Virus record (IMG/VR): IMGVR_UViG_3300011116_000399
Span: 1-58,158 of that record
Source of the DNA: a virus
Lineage: Duplodnaviria; Caudoviricetes
Reading direction: 5' to 3' (one strand)
DNA length: 58,158 nucleotides
A model generated the notes under the pieces. That model worked only from the letters and a program-made list of their open reading frames with translations. It did no database searches and was not told the DNA's origin. The number at the start of each line of letters is the position of its first letter. Position 1 is the stretch's first letter. Positions 55,481 through 58,158 of this stretch are shown piece after piece. The position numbers and the translations under genes were made by a program.

Positions 55481-57124
55481 ATGGCGGATATAGCACCGAA
55501 ACTTATTCATCTAAGCGCTGAGAAACTCAATGCGCTACATGAGCGTGTCCATAAGTCTGAGGCTACCCCTGCAACTATCGAGGTTCACCACACCATCCTC
55601 AATGAGATGGCTAGGCGCAAGATGGAACGCCCCCAAGATGATTGGGATAAGTACGAGATTTTAATTGATTCAATCGATAATGTAGACCTGACAAGTATTG
55701 GTGGATTATCAGCCGATACAGTTCTTGATGTTATTAAATCCACGGGCGACATCGTTGGAAATATAAAAACCTTTTTGACTATCCATGGCTATCAAATGCG
55801 TATTGAGCCAGTTGAAAAACGGATTCAACAAGAGGGTAGTAAATGGGTTGTTTACAACGAAGAGGGAACTCAGAAATTTGGAAGTTATGAAACAAAAGAA
55901 GAGGCTGAAGACCGTTTGCGCCAAATGCACATGTTCAAAGCCGATGATACTTACACGCCACCAAAGTCTGTAAGACAAGCGGCTCAAAGAGCAATCGAGT
56001 GGATTGGTGAAGGTTTTGCAGGTCAAGGATTTACTTCAACTGGTCGAGTTCGAGCAGGTCAATTAGCCCGAGGCGAAGCAGTATCTATTCAAACTCTAAA
56101 GCGTATGAAGTCTTTCTTCTCACGCCATGAAGTTGATAAAAAAGCAAAAGGTTTTAATCGTGGCGAAGAAGGTTTTCCTAGTGGTGGTCGAGTTGCATGG
56201 GACGCTTGGGGTGGCGATGCAGGATTCGCTTGGGCTGAAGCAATGGTTTCAAGATACGAAAATCAACAAGGGGTAAAAAAACATGAAGGACACGAAGACC
56301 AATCCGTCCACGGAAGTTGGGCTACTGGAGTTGGTAGTGGAAAAGATGAGAGTTCAAATGGTCGTCCCGCTTTATCACCTGACAAAAAGCCAAGTGCAGA
56401 ACGAAGCCCTGACGCAGTTAAGCAAGCCGAGAGATTACGAAGAGATGCTGAGGCAGTTGAGCCAGTAATTACAGGCTTGATGGAAGGTATTGCTAAAAAT
56501 ATCAATGCGGATTTCGCTGAGGTAGATGGCAAAAGTTCTTTAACGGAAAGACTTAAATCTACTGATTCTCTTGCTCGCAAGATTGATGCAGATGCAGAAA
56601 AAGACCATGGTGGCGATAGGGAGAAAGCGGCTAACGCAATTTCTGATGCAGTTCGCTATACATTAAATGTTGATGAATCTGATTACACAGACGGTGTAGA
56701 AAAAACTCTTGACACATTAAAAGAAACTGGTTGGAAAGTTGAATCAGTTAAAAACTTTTGGCAAGCAGGTGACCCTTATGATGGCACCAACATTAAGTTA
56801 AGCAAAGAAGGCGTCAAAGTAGAACTTCAATTACATACTCCAACATCTCATAAAATTAAAGAAGTTGGATTACATGATGATTACGAAAAATATCGTGTAT
56901 CAAAAGATGACAATGAACGCAGAAATCTTTGGGACAAAATGACCGAAACTGCTAAATCCATTCCACGCCCTGCCAATATGGGCAAACTTTTAAGTATTGG
57001 CACTCTAGTTGTGCAAACTTTTGAGACTGCTCAACAGGCTGGCTTGGTAAAATCAACTGGGGTTGATATAATATGGAGAATAACGAGAGAGGGTGTAGCC
57101 GTATGCGGTATTTTGCAAAACTAG
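55481..57124 (+). CDS. Head-cargo polyprotein 3 with C-terminal RelA/SpoT-like nucleotidyltransferase
   Basis: RLKS..SL.RK, I.D.VRY, Y.G.N, ELQ.HT, H..YE..R; tag at 56279; RA.QLA...AW..WGG domain. Confidence 0.85.
   Translation: MADIAPKLIHLSAEKLNALHERVHKSEATPATIEVHHTILNEMARRKMERPQDDWDKYEILIDSIDNVDLTSIGGLSADTVLDVIKSTGDIVGNIKTFLTIHGYQMRIEPVEKRIQQEGSKWVVYNEEGTQKFGSYETKEEAEDRLRQMHMFKADDTYTPPKSVRQAAQRAIEWIGEGFAGQGFTSTGRVRAGQLARGEAVSIQTLKRMKSFFSRHEVDKKAKGFNRGEEGFPSGGRVAWDAWGGDAGFAWAEAMVSRYENQQGVKKHEGHEDQSVHGSWATGVGSGKDESSNGRPALSPDKKPSAERSPDAVKQAERLRRDAEAVEPVITGLMEGIAKNINADFAEVDGKSSLTERLKSTDSLARKIDADAEKDHGGDREKAANAISDAVRYTLNVDESDYTDGVEKTLDTLKETGWKVESVKNFWQAGDPYDGTNIKLSKEGVKVELQLHTPTSHKIKEVGLHDDYEKYRVSKDDNERRNLWDKMTETAKSIPRPANMGKLLSIGTLVVQTFETAQQAGLVKSTGVDIIWRITREGVAVCGILQN
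57055..57105 (+). promoter_or_regulatory. Internal promoter/operator driving the protease gene
   Basis: AACTGGGGTT-GA-TATAAT inside the 3' end of the RelA-like gene; GAGAGG SD; ATG 57103. Confidence 0.7.
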
Positions 57125-57834
57125 GCGCAAACAACGAAGCGGTAAACATCTATCGTTTCGAAGTAGGCAATACCACTATTACCGAAGACAGATGGGATTC
57201 AAGAAAAAATTCTTGGGTAAATAATCCTGATGCAGATGTTGTTGGATATTTAACTCAAGGCGAAGGCGATTTTCAGGAACTTAGTGAAGATGTAGCCCGT
57301 CAAATTTTTCCTCAAGCATTTACCGAAGAGGCTACAAAGGCTTTAGGTAAATTTGATTTACAAAAAGCCGAGGGCGAAAAGCGTTACACACTTGGCGCTA
57401 TGTATATCCCTGATATGGAAGATGCTCATGGAGAATGGACAGATTCAGATGAATTACAAAGAGCAGTTTGGGATTATGTAAGAAGCAATGACCGCCGTAT
57501 TCGTTTACAACATAATAAAGATGTTGTTGCTGGTGAATGGGTAGAAGTCATGGCTTTTCCATATTCACTAACAGTTCCAATCAAAACTCCTGAGGGTCAA
57601 GAGATGCAACATACCTATCCGCCTAACACAGTTTTCCTAGGAGTTATTTGGGAGCCTTGGGCTTGGGAAATGGTAAGCGAAGGAAAGATTCGTGGATACT
57701 CTATTGGCGGAAAAGCCGAGAGATTATTTGTCGATATTGATGTTGAAAAAGGCGACCCAACAGTCTCCGATGTACATGTTGATACAATAATGTCTCCCTC
57801 AAAGAAAAAGCCAAAGAAGGAAGAAAATAAATGA
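57103..57834 (+). CDS. XkdF-like prohead serine protease with an extra N-terminal ~75-aa domain
   Basis: D.HGE...EL..A, QH....AG..VE, WE.V..G...GYSIGG. Confidence 0.85.
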   Translation: MRYFAKLGANNEAVNIYRFEVGNTTITEDRWDSRKNSWVNNPDADVVGYLTQGEGDFQELSEDVARQIFPQAFTEEATKALGKFDLQKAEGEKRYTLGAMYIPDMEDAHGEWTDSDELQRAVWDYVRSNDRRIRLQHNKDVVAGEWVEVMAFPYSLTVPIKTPEGQEMQHTYPPNTVFLGVIWEPWAWEMVSEGKIRGYSIGGKAERLFVDIDVEKGDPTVSDVHVDTIMSPSKKKPKKEENK

Positions 57835-58158
57835 AAAAAGACCTCAAAATTTTAGGCGAACTCCGCAAAGGACCTTTGGCTGGTATGGACGAGGACGAGT
57901 TCAAAATGATTGAGGCAGATGTAAAAAAGTTTGGTTTTAAGGGTTTGAGCGGTTATGCAAAGTCAATGGTTATGGAAGCACAGCGTCGTTTGGGTTTTGC
58001 AATTAACAAAGCCCTAAATGATTTACCTTTTAACAAAGCGGTTTCAGTTGGTGACATGGTTTCATGGCAATCATCAGGTGGCAGAGCAGCAGGCAAAGTT
58101 TTAAGAATTGCTCGCTCAGGTCGCATCAATGTTCATGATTCATCTTTTAACATCCAAG
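57831..58158 (+). CDS. 5' part of the junction-spanning DUF2945-like head protein (continues to 298)
   Basis: ATGA-coupled to the protease; in frame with 5..298. Confidence 0.8.
   Translation, partial: MKKDLKILGELRKGPLAGMDEDEFKMIEADVKKFGFKGLSGYAKSMVMEAQRRLGFAINKALNDLPFNKAVSVGDMVSWQSSGGRAAGKVLRIARSGRINVHDSSFNIQ
57968..58158. repeat. Second copy of the terminal overlap
   Basis: Matches 1..191 with 2 mismatches. Confidence 0.97.

Noticed and set aside
57073-57102. ORF-track start for the protease gene
   Set aside because: That ATG directly follows the -10 box, upstream of the likely TSS. ATG 57103 has an SD.
57968-58158. 191-bp repeat as a physical terminal repeat or att site
   Set aside because: It cuts through a gene and has two mismatches near the contig end. 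An assembly overlap of a circular or permuted genome explains it better.
1-58158. Integrase-based lysogeny or alternative genetic code
   Set aside because: No tyrosine or serine recombinase was recognised. Genes are intact under the standard code and use all three stops.

Overview
The window is an apparently complete, circularly permuted tailed-phage genome of about 57,967 bp. A 191-bp terminal overlap joins 1..191 to 57968..58158. It looks siphovirus-like and most likely infects a low-GC freshwater Actinobacterium: it has two WhiB genes, an actinobacterial SSB, an actinobacterial LexA box and many leaderless genes. Layout: portal, MuF, head-cargo array and XkdF-type protease (49.5-58 kb, continuing over the junction); scaffold, capsid, fibres and neck (0.9-10.8 kb); a non-structural island (10.8-13.9 kb); tail (14-23 kb); lysis; recombination and replication; a DNA-modification cluster; terminase; and a 16-kb accessory region. 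No integrase, DNA polymerase, tRNA or CRISPR array was seen. Main points: (1) A chained array of putative capsid-packaged effectors (DUF3626-like, an unknown domain, GNAT, RelA/SpoT-like), each preceded by a repeated K-H-x(2-3)-(H/E)DQSxHGxW tag and followed by a small partner. One partner is a nested overprinted gene and one is fused to the prohead protease. (2) A C5 methyltransferase with an Asn-to-Arg change in motif X, coupled to a CmoA-like gene, which predicts 5-carboxymethylcytosine DNA; it also has a nested alternate-frame beta subunit. (3) A genome-wide AAC-N4-GTT operator, covarying SD-loop hairpins on early genes, and a structured ncRNA whose loop is complementary to those hairpin loops. 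All family assignments come from motif recognition by eye; no database searches were run.
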